A DNA stretch of 44,073 bases from a virus: positions 1-44,073 of the IMG/VR virus record IMGVR_UViG_3300045988_151777. The stretch is one strand, 5' to 3'. How positions within the stretch are numbered: position 1 is the stretch's first letter; each line of letters opens with the position of its first letter. Of this stretch, positions 7,579 through 15,164 are shown in pieces. The notes under the pieces were generated by a model. The model saw nothing but the letters and a program-made list of their open reading frames with translations. It did no database searches and had not been told where the DNA came from. The position numbers were made by a program, and so were the translations under genes.

Positions 7579-8214
7579 TTAACCCCGGTTAACGTTGATG
7601 CTGCCAGTCACCGGCTGAACCGCCGGAGCCGCGGCTGTGGGCGCAGTCCAGCTGTTGTAACGTTCCATCACTTCAGGACAGATCGCGGTGCGAGGCACGA
7701 CGAGGTGTGTGATCTGGTTCAGCGTGTTGTTGATCCCTGCGACGGCGTTGTTGAGCTGAGCGATACCGCACCCGCACGTCTGCGCAACAGTGTCGATCTT
7801 GGCGCCGAGTTCGGAGCGAACAATCTTTTCACGCAGGTCAGCGATTTCAGCGTTGCTCTTCATCTGGGATTCAAGCACCGCAACGCGTTCGCGGTTGCTC
7901 GCGGATTCCTGAGAGAGCGGCTTAATGTAGTCCATCAGACGGTTTTCGAGCTTCTCGTTTTCGGAGCGCGTCGCCTGATAAAGCGCCGTGTCCTGATTGT
8001 CCGAGTACTTCTGCGAAGTGAGCTCGGCGATTTTGGCGTCCTTTTCAGCAATGACGCCAAGCGCGGCCATCTGCGGGGCGCAGTTGTTTCCACCGAAGAG
8101 GCCGCCGAGGATTCCGTTGCCGTTGTTGGCGGAGCCAAGGAAGCCGAGAGAGCCCAAAACGAGGGCGGGGATGCCTACGCCGTTGGCGAGGCCTTTAGAA
8201 GCAAATTCAGCCAT
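7579..8214 (-). CDS. Hypothetical protein (211 aa) with a glycine-rich hydrophobic N-terminus, coiled-coil middle and Cys-containing C-terminus
   Basis: ORF with SD CAGGAG. N-terminus GLANGVGIPALVLGSLGFLGSANNGNGILGGLFGG. The start codon lies inside the hairpin 8211-8236. Confidence 0.7.
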   Translation of the reverse strand: MAEFASKGLANGVGIPALVLGSLGFLGSANNGNGILGGLFGGNNCAPQMAALGVIAEKDAKIAELTSQKYSDNQDTALYQATRSENEKLENRLMDYIKPLSQESASNRERVAVLESQMKSNAEIADLREKIVRSELGAKIDTVAQTCGCGIAQLNNAVAGINNTLNQITHLVVPRTAICPEVMERYNSWTAPTAAAPAVQPVTGSINVNRG

Positions 8215-8236
8215 GACAAAACTCCTGTTGTCATGG
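8211..8236 (-). promoter_or_regulatory. Translation-initiation hairpin sequestering the start codon of 7579..8214
   Basis: The mRNA reads CCAUGACAA-CAGGAGUU-UUGUCAUGG. This is a perfect 9-bp stem with the SD in the loop and the AUG (8214-8212) in the 3' arm. Confidence 0.6.
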
Positions 8237-8273
8237 AACTCGTGGTTCTCTGGAAATGTGCGCTCGGTTGGCG

Positions 8274-8477
8274 CTAAGGATTAGGCTCAGGGGCCTTGTG
8301 TGAAGCAGAATCCGAACGGTTCTGCTGACTTGATTTATTGTATACAGAAAGATCAAGCACATCAAGCGTCTTGCAGCGCCGACATACGATCATCACCGTC
8401 CCGCCGGGCGGACGTTCTAACGAAAGATCGAAGAGACGTTTACCGCACCTCGGGCAAACAACCTTTACCGCTTCCAT
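8274..8477 (-). CDS. Mu Com-like zinc-ribbon protein (67 aa)
   Basis: VVCPRCGKRLFDLSLERPPGGTVMIVCRRCKTLDV has the CxxCxKxLF...CxRCK layout of Mu Com. AGGAGGG lies 6 nt before ATG 8477. Confidence 0.65.
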   Translation of the reverse strand: MEAVKVVCPRCGKRLFDLSLERPPGGTVMIVCRRCKTLDVLDLSVYNKSSQQNRSDSASHKAPEPNP

Positions 8478-8478
8478 C

Positions 8479-8847
8479 TTATTCCCTCCTATTAATATTG
8501 TCTCGAAGATCAGAAAGAACCGCGTTGAGCGATGTTTTGTCACCGCGGCCACAGGCCAAGACTAGCTCGGTCACGAGCGCGTTCCGGAAAGAACACAAAA
8601 TGCCAGAGAAGTTTCCTCGGCGTGTGATCACTTGGGCGCGGCATTCGTCTGCAGAGAACTCATCGACCATGCGCCGCACGTACCACTCAGCCTTCTGTAA
8701 ATCCAAAAGCTCTGTGCCCTTAAAAGGCGCTCTCAGTATGTACTTCACGGCATTCCCCAGGCAAAAACTCAGATGCTGAGTAAGCTCAATCACCTCGTTG
8801 TCGTAATGCTCGGCGTAGTGCTGAGGATGATTTACAAGATCGGTCAT
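8479..8847 (-). CDS. DUF3310-family protein
   Basis: VNHPQHY...NEVIELTQHL...GNAVKYILRA signature recalled from DUF3310 phage proteins. Confidence 0.65.
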   Translation of the reverse strand: MTDLVNHPQHYAEHYDNEVIELTQHLSFCLGNAVKYILRAPFKGTELLDLQKAEWYVRRMVDEFSADECRAQVITRRGNFSGILCSFRNALVTELVLACGRGDKTSLNAVLSDLRDNINRRE

Positions 8848-9254
8848 TTAAGAATCTCCGTCAGTGCGTCGTGGTTTGCGGCGCATCGCTGATAGAGTCT
8901 GCCGCACTCTGAACCAGAGTCAGCCAGTCGGCGAACCAAGCCTTCCAACTCGGCAACTCGCTTTCTAAGAGCGTCTCCGGAACCTCCGCCGGCGGTGCTG
9001 TGACCGTCCGCGTGGCGCAACCGGGCGCGAGCACGATCAAGCTCAGAACGCAGATCGTTGTACTCAGCCTGCGCCAAGTTAATCGTGTCCGTTGCTTTTG
9101 AAAGTCCTTCCGCATTCTTTCTCTCCGCCACCCGCAGTGCGTCAGACTGCGCCGCCTCCATAAGCGCGATTTCTCTGTCGTAGTGGGCAGAAGTCAGCCA
9201 GCCCCCCGCCCCGAAGGCCAGGACGACCGCCACTATGTAGACGTAATCTTTCAC
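8844..9254 (-). CDS. i-spanin (Rz-like)
   Basis: N-terminal TM helix (YVYIVAVVLAFGAGGWL) followed by a coiled-coil periplasmic domain. GTG start overlaps the upstream stop. A lipoprotein ORF is embedded in another frame. Confidence 0.7.
   Translation of the reverse strand: MKDYVYIVAVVLAFGAGGWLTSAHYDREIALMEAAQSDALRVAERKNAEGLSKATDTINLAQAEYNDLRSELDRARARLRHADGHSTAGGGSGDALRKRVAELEGLVRRLADSGSECGRLYQRCAANHDALTEILK
8861..9115 (-). CDS. o-spanin (Rz1-like lipoprotein) embedded in the i-spanin gene
   Basis: Alternate-frame ORF with the signal/lipobox-like VLSLIVLAPGC, followed by a proline-rich mature part (ATRTVTAPPAEVPE). Confidence 0.55.
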   Translation of the reverse strand: MRKDFQKQRTRLTWRRLSTTICVLSLIVLAPGCATRTVTAPPAEVPETLLESELPSWKAWFADWLTLVQSAADSISDAPQTTTH

Positions 9255-9499
9255 AGCTCAACCCCTTCGAGTTTCGCGCGATTTCGTAATATGTCGAGAT
9301 AGCCGTCCATCGTGTAGAGCTGGAACATATAAAGGCCACGGGGACAAGTCGGCGTAAAGCCTAATTTCCCAGTGTCCAATTTAACAAGCATTGCAGCGAG
9401 TTTGTCTCGCCGAATCTTCAGTTGCAGGTACTCCGCCTTGAAGCGATCTTTGTAGTCATCGCTACACATCAGCGCGGCCGTGTCTTTGAGCTCCATCAT
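9251..9499 (-). CDS. Hypothetical protein (82 aa)
   Basis: ATGA overlap with the endolysin stop at 9496-9499. Helical sequence of a type seen in many phages. Function unknown. Confidence 0.6.
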   Translation of the reverse strand: MMELKDTAALMCSDDYKDRFKAEYLQLKIRRDKLAAMLVKLDTGKLGFTPTCPRGLYMFQLYTMDGYLDILRNRAKLEGVEL

Positions 9500-9873
9500 T
9501 TGCGACTCCTGTAGTCCCAATAAGCGTGATGGCCACGCACGTCAACATGGACGAACGCGTCGTAAAGTCCGACGCCACCGTCAGCGTTGATTTCCAGGCA
9601 CAGGTCCTGAAACTCCGGAATCAATCGCGGATCATCCGGTCGAATGTCCGCCGCCATGCCTTTCGTGTGATAGCTATTCGGCACGGCACCTTTGATCGTT
9701 GCGTTGTATTCCGGGCTTCGGTAGCCCGAATTAACGAGAACCGGCTTCCCCCACTCGCGACGAATGCGGTTCAAAAGGTTCAAAAGCTCATCGCGAACAA
9801 CGTGCTGGAAAGGAGACTTGTGCGGGTCATTCGGACTCTGCAACTCCTTTTCGTCAAAGAAACCGTATCTCAT
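9496..9873 (-). CDS. Endolysin, peptidase M15-type (zinc D-Ala-D-Ala carboxypeptidase/L-Ala-D-Glu peptidase fold)
   Basis: The SGYRSPEYN...SYHTKGMAADI...VHVD pattern is typical of Peptidase_M15_3 / YcbK-like enzymes. Confidence 0.8.
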   Translation of the reverse strand: MRYGFFDEKELQSPNDPHKSPFQHVVRDELLNLLNRIRREWGKPVLVNSGYRSPEYNATIKGAVPNSYHTKGMAADIRPDDPRLIPEFQDLCLEINADGGVGLYDAFVHVDVRGHHAYWDYRSRK

Positions 9874-10006
9874 GAGAACACCTCAATAAACTTCTCAGCC
9901 AACATCAATGCGCCGTAGCACACACCGAACCCCAGAAACTTCAAAGTTGGCGCCAAACCATGTACAACTTAATTCGTCCAGCCATGTGAACAACCTGATC
10001 GGATCG

Positions 10007-10360
10007 TCACTGGATACCCAGATACTTTCTGACTGCAGGAAGCACAATTCCAACCGCCTCCTTGCCAATCATTCCGCCAAGACCAGCCATCGCCCCGCCA
10101 AACTCATAACCAAGTCCATAAGCGTGGCAAGCCATGCAGATACACAACCCCATAATCGCCGACGCCAAAATCGCTGAACAGAAGTCGAGCCAACGGAAAG
10201 GCTCTCCTTTCGACGTCCGATTCAAAAACATTGCCGCCTGTGCAATAGCTGCTACCCCCGCGGAAAAAAGGTAGGGAAAAGTCTCGCTGTGTTCCTGCAT
10301 GGGAATCTCGTTCTCGTTGACTACCGCAAGTAAACCAGACGCGCAAGCCAACAACTGCAC
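10007..10360 (-). CDS. Holin-like multi-TM protein (start uncertain: GTG 10360 or ATG 10300)
   Basis: Three or four hydrophobic helices. It lies immediately upstream of the endolysin. The motif copy overlaps the GTG start. Confidence 0.55.
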   Translation of the reverse strand: MQLLACASGLLAVVNENEIPMQEHSETFPYLFSAGVAAIAQAAMFLNRTSKGEPFRWLDFCSAILASAIMGLCICMACHAYGLGYEFGGAMAGLGGMIGKEAVGIVLPAVRKYLGIQ

Positions 10361-10366
10361 CCCCTC
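10348..10366 (-). promoter_or_regulatory. Conserved late-region motif, copy 5 (GAGGGGGTGCAGTTGTTGG)
   Basis: The 17-mer at 10349-10365 is identical to those at 16318-16334 and 37516-37532. It lies upstream of the lysis cassette. Confidence 0.6.
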
Positions 10367-10444
10367 GGACAGCTTGGAAATAGAAGGTTCCGCTTCGATG
10401 CAGTAAACTGGAACACGTTTCTTCTTTCACCAAAGAAGGTTTTT

Positions 10445-10843
10445 ATGAAAACTTCTTTATGTTTCGCAGCGCTTTTGCTTTCGTCTGCCTTTCTTGCGGG
10501 GTGTCAATCGCCTACAACGATTGTTAACACTGCACCTCAGCAAATCACTCTTGGCACCGTACAAAAATCCATCCATAAGGGGATGACTCAACCCGAAGTT
10601 ATCGCCGAACTCGGGGCCCCCACTATGGTGACTCGCGACAAAGCAGGCATTGAAGTTTGGGTTTACGACAAAGCAAGCACCATTGCCACGACATCAAACG
10701 TTTCAGGCTACGGCACTCTGATTCTCACCGGAGCCTCTGGACACCAATCCGCCAGCGTTGTCACACAAAAAACACTGACTCTGATCCTTAAGTTCAAGGA
10801 TGCCGAACTTTCGGAATACTCTTACCGTTACTCATCCTTCTAA
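10445..10843 (+). CDS. Lipoprotein, BamE/SmpA-OmlA-like (moron)
   Basis: Signal peptide plus lipobox (SAFLAGC). ITLGTVQKSIHKGMTQPEVIAELGAP...VWVY resembles the SmpA/OmlA fold. It is on the opposite strand to the surrounding late genes. Confidence 0.65.
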   Translation: MKTSLCFAALLLSSAFLAGCQSPTTIVNTAPQQITLGTVQKSIHKGMTQPEVIAELGAPTMVTRDKAGIEVWVYDKASTIATTSNVSGYGTLILTGASGHQSASVVTQKTLTLILKFKDAELSEYSYRYSSF

Positions 10844-10853
10844 GGGAGTTTCC

Positions 10854-11342
10854 ATGAAAAAATTGTGTTTCTTGGCGTTAGCCGCACCGATGCTTCTTGG
10901 GGGCTGTGTCACCGTTGATTCAGTCTTTGGCGAATCCGATGCGCCACTGTCAGCTGTAGCTCTCCAAGCGTTGCAGACACGAGAATTTGAAGCCACCGAG
11001 GATGAAGCGTTCCGCGCTGTGATTTCGACTTTCCAGGATTATGGTTACACGATTTCCTCTGCCGATAAAACGACAGGACTCGTCCTGGGGAAGACCACTT
11101 CGGATGCTTCTTTCAGCCGAATGTCCGGAATTGTTCGAGTGGAATACAACAAGGCTTCTGCCTTCATTGAGAAGGTAGCTCAGAACCGCGTCAAGATTCG
11201 GGTCAGCATTGTGAAATATGTTTCCGCAAGAACTGAATTAGGCGGCGGTGGAGAAAAAGAAGTTGTCCGCACAAAGCCTCAGATGTATCAGGATATTTTC
11301 AACAAGATCGAGCAATCGCTCTTCCTGAAGAAAAACATCTAA
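10854..11342 (+). CDS. Lipoprotein of unknown function (162 aa, moron)
   Basis: AAGGGAG lies before ATG 10854. MKKLCFLALAAPMLLGGC provides the signal and lipobox. Confidence 0.7.
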   Translation: MKKLCFLALAAPMLLGGCVTVDSVFGESDAPLSAVALQALQTREFEATEDEAFRAVISTFQDYGYTISSADKTTGLVLGKTTSDASFSRMSGIVRVEYNKASAFIEKVAQNRVKIRVSIVKYVSARTELGGGGEKEVVRTKPQMYQDIFNKIEQSLFLKKNI

Positions 11343-11373
11343 ACGAAAAACCCCGGTCGAGCCGGGGTTTCGC
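11341..11373. terminator. Bidirectional rho-independent terminator
   Basis: 9-bp stem AAACCCCGG/CCGGGGTTT (11348-11356 pairing with 11362-11370), flanked by A/T runs. It sits between convergent genes. Confidence 0.75.
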
Positions 11374-11383
11374 ATTAGGCGGG

Positions 11384-11617
11384 CTAACGCATTGATGGCG
11401 GCAACTGCCTTCGCTCAAGCTCGCTTTCGTAGCTCTCTTGACAGTGATACTTGTCGAAAAAGAGCAGCGTATCGACCAGCTTTCGAGGCCACGAGATGCC
11501 TTTTTTCTGCTCGATTCGCCAGCAATGACTAGACAAAGACTCATCAGGCCATCCGCCAAGAATCGTATTGACGAGCTGGTCAAGCGCAATCAACAAGTTT
11601 TTCAGATAGCGGATCAT
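11384..11617 (-). CDS. Hypothetical protein (77 aa)
   Basis: ORF overlapping the upstream gene by 4 nt. It has conserved-looking Cys/His/Trp residues. Confidence 0.6.
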   Translation of the reverse strand: MIRYLKNLLIALDQLVNTILGGWPDESLSSHCWRIEQKKGISWPRKLVDTLLFFDKYHCQESYESELERRQLPPSMR

Positions 11618-12309
11618 GCCGAGGCCGAGAAATCAAGATATGTAAATTGAATAGATGAGATCACAGCATCTAATTGGTCATTGTCGCCACAGGCTTCTAT
11701 GGCCGTTCGGTATTTCCACTTTTGCGCGTAAAGATTCTGTCCGTTCTGAATGATCTCAGCCCGCAACGTCTCCAACTGCGCCTTGTTCAGCTTGTGAAAT
11801 TGATTGTTATTGTCGCAAAATTGCACTGTGCCGTCGCCGATTGTAATCAGCAAGCCGTTTACGTTCTCGTTTGCCGTCGAGTTCGCATCAGCCGTAAACC
11901 CCAGCGAAGACTTGATATGAGCACTTTCACCCGCCATAGAAAAATCTTCGTTCAATTTGTTTAAGGCGCGGGCTAGGCGATTTTCAAAGCGGTTGTATTC
12001 TACCTCGGCTTCTTCTTGCTCTTGCTGTTGCTGATTTTTCTTTGCTTGCCAAAGATCGGCATAGGGCTTTATGTATTTGTTGTAATTTTCTTCCGTCGTT
12101 TCGAAAAGAATTACTCTGCCAGCCTCTAACACAAAATACGAAGAAGGAGAGTTGTTAATCACCCAAACGATATTTGTTAAATTGTCAACGGCAATGTTCT
12201 CAGGTAAAACATCAGACAATAACTTCTTAGGCACTTCGTCAAACCACAAAACATCTTCGTTCACAGAAATAGCCTTGTCGGGGAAGTGAACATATACACT
12301 TTTTTCCAT
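11614..12309 (-). CDS. Tail-fibre-associated protein (C-terminal half DUF4376-like; possible fibre chaperone)
   Basis: AT-rich ORF directly downstream of the tail-collar genes. The C-terminal ...FHKLNKAQLETLRAEIIQNGQNLYAQKWKYRTAIEAC... resembles DUF4376-type domains (recollection only). Confidence 0.45.
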   Translation of the reverse strand: MEKSVYVHFPDKAISVNEDVLWFDEVPKKLLSDVLPENIAVDNLTNIVWVINNSPSSYFVLEAGRVILFETTEENYNKYIKPYADLWQAKKNQQQQEQEEAEVEYNRFENRLARALNKLNEDFSMAGESAHIKSSLGFTADANSTANENVNGLLITIGDGTVQFCDNNNQFHKLNKAQLETLRAEIIQNGQNLYAQKWKYRTAIEACGDNDQLDAVISSIQFTYLDFSASA

Positions 12310-12331
12310 TTTTGAGCTCTCCGAATAAAAA

Positions 12332-12853
12332 TTAAGCGGTACGCTTCCAAATTGCTACAACTTGATATGGCGGCATATTGTTATGCGACTCACTACCACC
12401 ACTGTAGCCGCTAACGCCCGACCACCCGTTGGCCGCAGATAAAATCATAGTTCTCAAGGAATCAGAGCCATTGTTATAAGCCAACGATGCCGTTCCTTTG
12501 GTTGTAGACAAGGCCCCACTATATGTTGCGGCAGAATCCCACAGAACGCCACAGACTGCTTTCCCGTAAATTTGAGTGCTTCCCCTGTCATGAGCGTGGT
12601 AGGGGATTTGATAGATATTTAGAGTTACATTCTCTTCGCCTCCCTTGCTCCCCACTTCGCGGCGACCGCTACCGAGTAAAAAGCAATTTTCAATTTTTTC
12701 CCATACCCCACCCCACTCAGAATTAGGATCGAATGCCGCATTTTCGGTCATGTACACCGAACCAATTGGATACATCGAAAGAACCGAACTCGCTTCGGCT
12801 TTCGCTTTTAACCAGTTTAGGACTTTTAATACAGATTGATTTGCTTTCGCCAT
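12332..12853 (-). CDS. Phage tail-collar-domain fibre tip protein (paralogue A)
   Basis: The GSKGGEENVTLNIYQIPYHAHD ... SHNNMPPYQVVAIWKRTA motifs are typical of tail collar domains. Confidence 0.75.
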   Translation of the reverse strand: MAKANQSVLKVLNWLKAKAEASSVLSMYPIGSVYMTENAAFDPNSEWGGVWEKIENCFLLGSGRREVGSKGGEENVTLNIYQIPYHAHDRGSTQIYGKAVCGVLWDSAATYSGALSTTKGTASLAYNNGSDSLRTMILSAANGWSGVSGYSGGSESHNNMPPYQVVAIWKRTA

Positions 12854-12869
12854 TTTTTACTCTCTATCT

Positions 12870-13378
12870 TTAATACTTAATGCAGTGAAGTAGACACAAA
12901 GATGCCGGCTGAACAGTGCTTGACCTTCCGTAAACTGCGCTAGACCTTGAAGCATCAATGCTAAAAGTCGTTGGGACATTTCTGAGGCTATCCTGTCCGT
13001 GCTTGTCGGCTGTACCATAATCTGACCCAAAAAAAGCACCTTCATGATTAGACGTTAGCAATGGATAGTTACCAAGCATGACCTTTCCGGTGATGTTCGG
13101 AGTTGATCCGCTATGCGAATGGCTCGGCATTTGGTCAACGCTCAAAACAACGCTGGCCTCTCCGCCTTTAGACCCTGCGGATATGCGGCATTGGCTCCGA
13201 TAAGGACCCGCCCTTCATTAAGCGCTTTCCACCTACCTCCTAAAATTGAAGCTGGATTAGTCGGTTGCGTTCTTATATAAACCGCTCCAATCGGGTACGC
13301 GTCCAACGGCGAAGATGTTTCCGCCTTTCGCTTCAGCCAATTCAATACAGCCGCAATCGTTGAGTTTGGTGTTGCCAT
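12870..13378 (-). pseudogene. Tail-collar-domain fibre tip protein (paralogue B), interrupted by a 1-nt frame discontinuity at G-run 13173-13175
   Basis: ORFs 13142..13405 and 12870..13145 join into one collar protein (..YPQG|SKGGEASVVLSVDQMPSHSHSG..) if one G is added. AAGGAG lies before ATG 13378. Confidence 0.7.
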
Positions 13379-13408
13379 TTGCAACTCCTTTTCGTTTTGA
13401 TTCAAAAA

Positions 13409-13654
13409 TCAGGCGGTGTTATTTTCGTTTGCAAAATCGATAAAGGCTTGAAGAATTGCCTGCGCGTCTTCGGACGTTGTTGCTTGTTCTTTGATTCCAA
13501 GTGCCGAGATATTCTGTCGTGCCTGCGCCTGCTTCGTTGCATTCAACGCCTGTGCCGACGTCTTCACCACAGTGTCCGGAATCACGTCGTCAACGATCTT
13601 GCCGTTGTTCCCCGTGTCTCCGAATAACTTTCTGAAAAACCAAGGTAACGCCAT
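13409..13654 (-). CDS. Small fibre-associated protein (81 aa)
   Basis: GGAGGAG lies before the ATG. The QALNATKQAQARQNISALG motif is common in tail-fibre proteins. Confidence 0.6.
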   Translation of the reverse strand: MALPWFFRKLFGDTGNNGKIVDDVIPDTVVKTSAQALNATKQAQARQNISALGIKEQATTSEDAQAILQAFIDFANENNTA

Positions 13655-13662
13655 GTCTCCTC

Positions 13663-14187
13663 CTACGTATCTGCGATGACGACTATCGGCATCACCGCAG
13701 GAATATCAAAACCAAACACAATCGTTGTCGCCGACGTCTCTTCCCAATCGTCCGCTAAGAACCCGCCGAGATAGACCTTGATCCGGTTCTCCCCGACGGT
13801 ATGTGAGGGAACGGCATAGGCATCCCCCGCCGTTAGTACGGCGTCCCGACTTTCGTCTGTCTGCACCGTCCGCGTTCCTGCGCCTGAGCCGCTGATGACA
13901 ACCGCCGTAATCTCAAAGTCCGTCGGGATGTCCGACGTAAAACTGATACTCGTCGTCGAGACTTCTGTGTACTCAACGCTCTTCGAGCAAAGCAGACCGT
14001 TGAGGAACACTGAGAGCGAGTTATCATCCTTGGTGTATGTAGGCACCCCGAACGCTGTCCCTGCCGTAAGCACTGTAGAGCGGTTCGAGCTGGTGAAGAC
14101 TTTGCGAGAAACGCTACCGCCTCCACCTGTCCCTCCAATCTCAACTTTCTGCAGGCCGCTTGCCGTCTTGACGTAAAGCGCGTCCAT
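13663..14187 (-). CDS. Fibre/receptor-binding accessory protein with an internal two-fold domain duplication
   Basis: Two about-70-aa repeats (VLTAGTAFGVPTYT... and VLTAGDAYAVPSHT...). It lies within the fibre cluster. Confidence 0.6.
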   Translation of the reverse strand: MDALYVKTASGLQKVEIGGTGGGGSVSRKVFTSSNRSTVLTAGTAFGVPTYTKDDNSLSVFLNGLLCSKSVEYTEVSTTSISFTSDIPTDFEITAVVISGSGAGTRTVQTDESRDAVLTAGDAYAVPSHTVGENRIKVYLGGFLADDWEETSATTIVFGFDIPAVMPIVVIADT

Positions 14188-14190
14188 GTC

Positions 14191-15162
14191 TCAGCCCTTA
14201 AGGATCACAAGCCCGCCGTTCCTGAGATTTGCGGGCACGTTGTCAAGCGACGAGACGACGCACGAGTCAACGTACGTTTCCTTGATCGTCACTTTCTTGC
14301 CGGACGCGGTGATCGTTACGCCTTCACCGGCTTCGATTTCGAGGGTGTCTTGCTTCGCCGTAGCCGTGAGCGTCGTCGTGCCGACTTTCACTTTGGCAAA
14401 AGCGTTCTGATTGACCTCTGCCCCCGTCGCGATGCCCGTGAGTTTTGTGCGCTCGGCGGCCGTCATCACGACTTTCGTCGTACCGTCTGCGATATCGTCG
14501 GCGGTATTCGTGGCCGTCATGAAAGCACCGGCGGCTTTCACGTTGGCAGTGTCCGTCTTGTCCGCGCCTTCTTCGATCCCCACAAGTTTCTTGTGCAGGG
14601 ATGCAGTCAGTAAGCCGTCGGCGGCGTCCGTCGCGGCGTTGTAAGTCGTATCAGTGAACTTCGCATTCGCCGGAACGCTTGCGGCAATGGTGAATCCTGA
14701 GTCTTTAATCCGTTTACCTGACGTACCGTCGAAGACGACGACGTGCGCCGCCACACTCGCGGAAGGCCCTGTCACTGCGCCGTCTAAGTTCGCCTGCAAC
14801 ACTGCCCAATCGGCGTTACTCGCAGCGCCAGAGGCGTAATCCTTGATGCAGATAATCAAATCCCCGACTTCGCAGACATTACCCGCGTAGGTACCGGCTT
14901 CCTGCACCGAGTAAAGCCAACCGGCTTTGTAGTTCACGGTCGGGAGGCCGCTCGTAGAGTTCACCACGCCTTGGAAGTGCTGCCCCTTTGAGACGGTGGC
15001 TTCGACAGCCTTTCGGAGCGCGACGATTTCTGCTTCGACGGTAGACGCGTTGCCGTCAACGTCGTTCACCTTCACCGCTTCGGCAACGGTATATGGCGCA
15101 AGCGGCGTATTCGCGTTGCCTTCGTGCGAGTACAGCTGAGTCTTAACGAGATTTTCTGCCAT
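14191..15162 (-). CDS. Tail fibre protein
   Basis: 323-aa A/T/G/V-rich beta-type sequence following the adaptor-containing fibre gene. Confidence 0.6.
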   Translation of the reverse strand: MAENLVKTQLYSHEGNANTPLAPYTVAEAVKVNDVDGNASTVEAEIVALRKAVEATVSKGQHFQGVVNSTSGLPTVNYKAGWLYSVQEAGTYAGNVCEVGDLIICIKDYASGAASNADWAVLQANLDGAVTGPSASVAAHVVVFDGTSGKRIKDSGFTIAASVPANAKFTDTTYNAATDAADGLLTASLHKKLVGIEEGADKTDTANVKAAGAFMTATNTADDIADGTTKVVMTAAERTKLTGIATGAEVNQNAFAKVKVGTTTLTATAKQDTLEIEAGEGVTITASGKKVTIKETYVDSCVVSSLDNVPANLRNGGLVILKG

Positions 15163-15164
15163 TC

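Noticed and set aside
7378-8277. 299-aa plus-strand ORF overlapping 7240..8214
   Set aside because: - Its R/H/G-rich composition is junk-like.
- It is antisense to two well-formed minus ORFs that have SDs.
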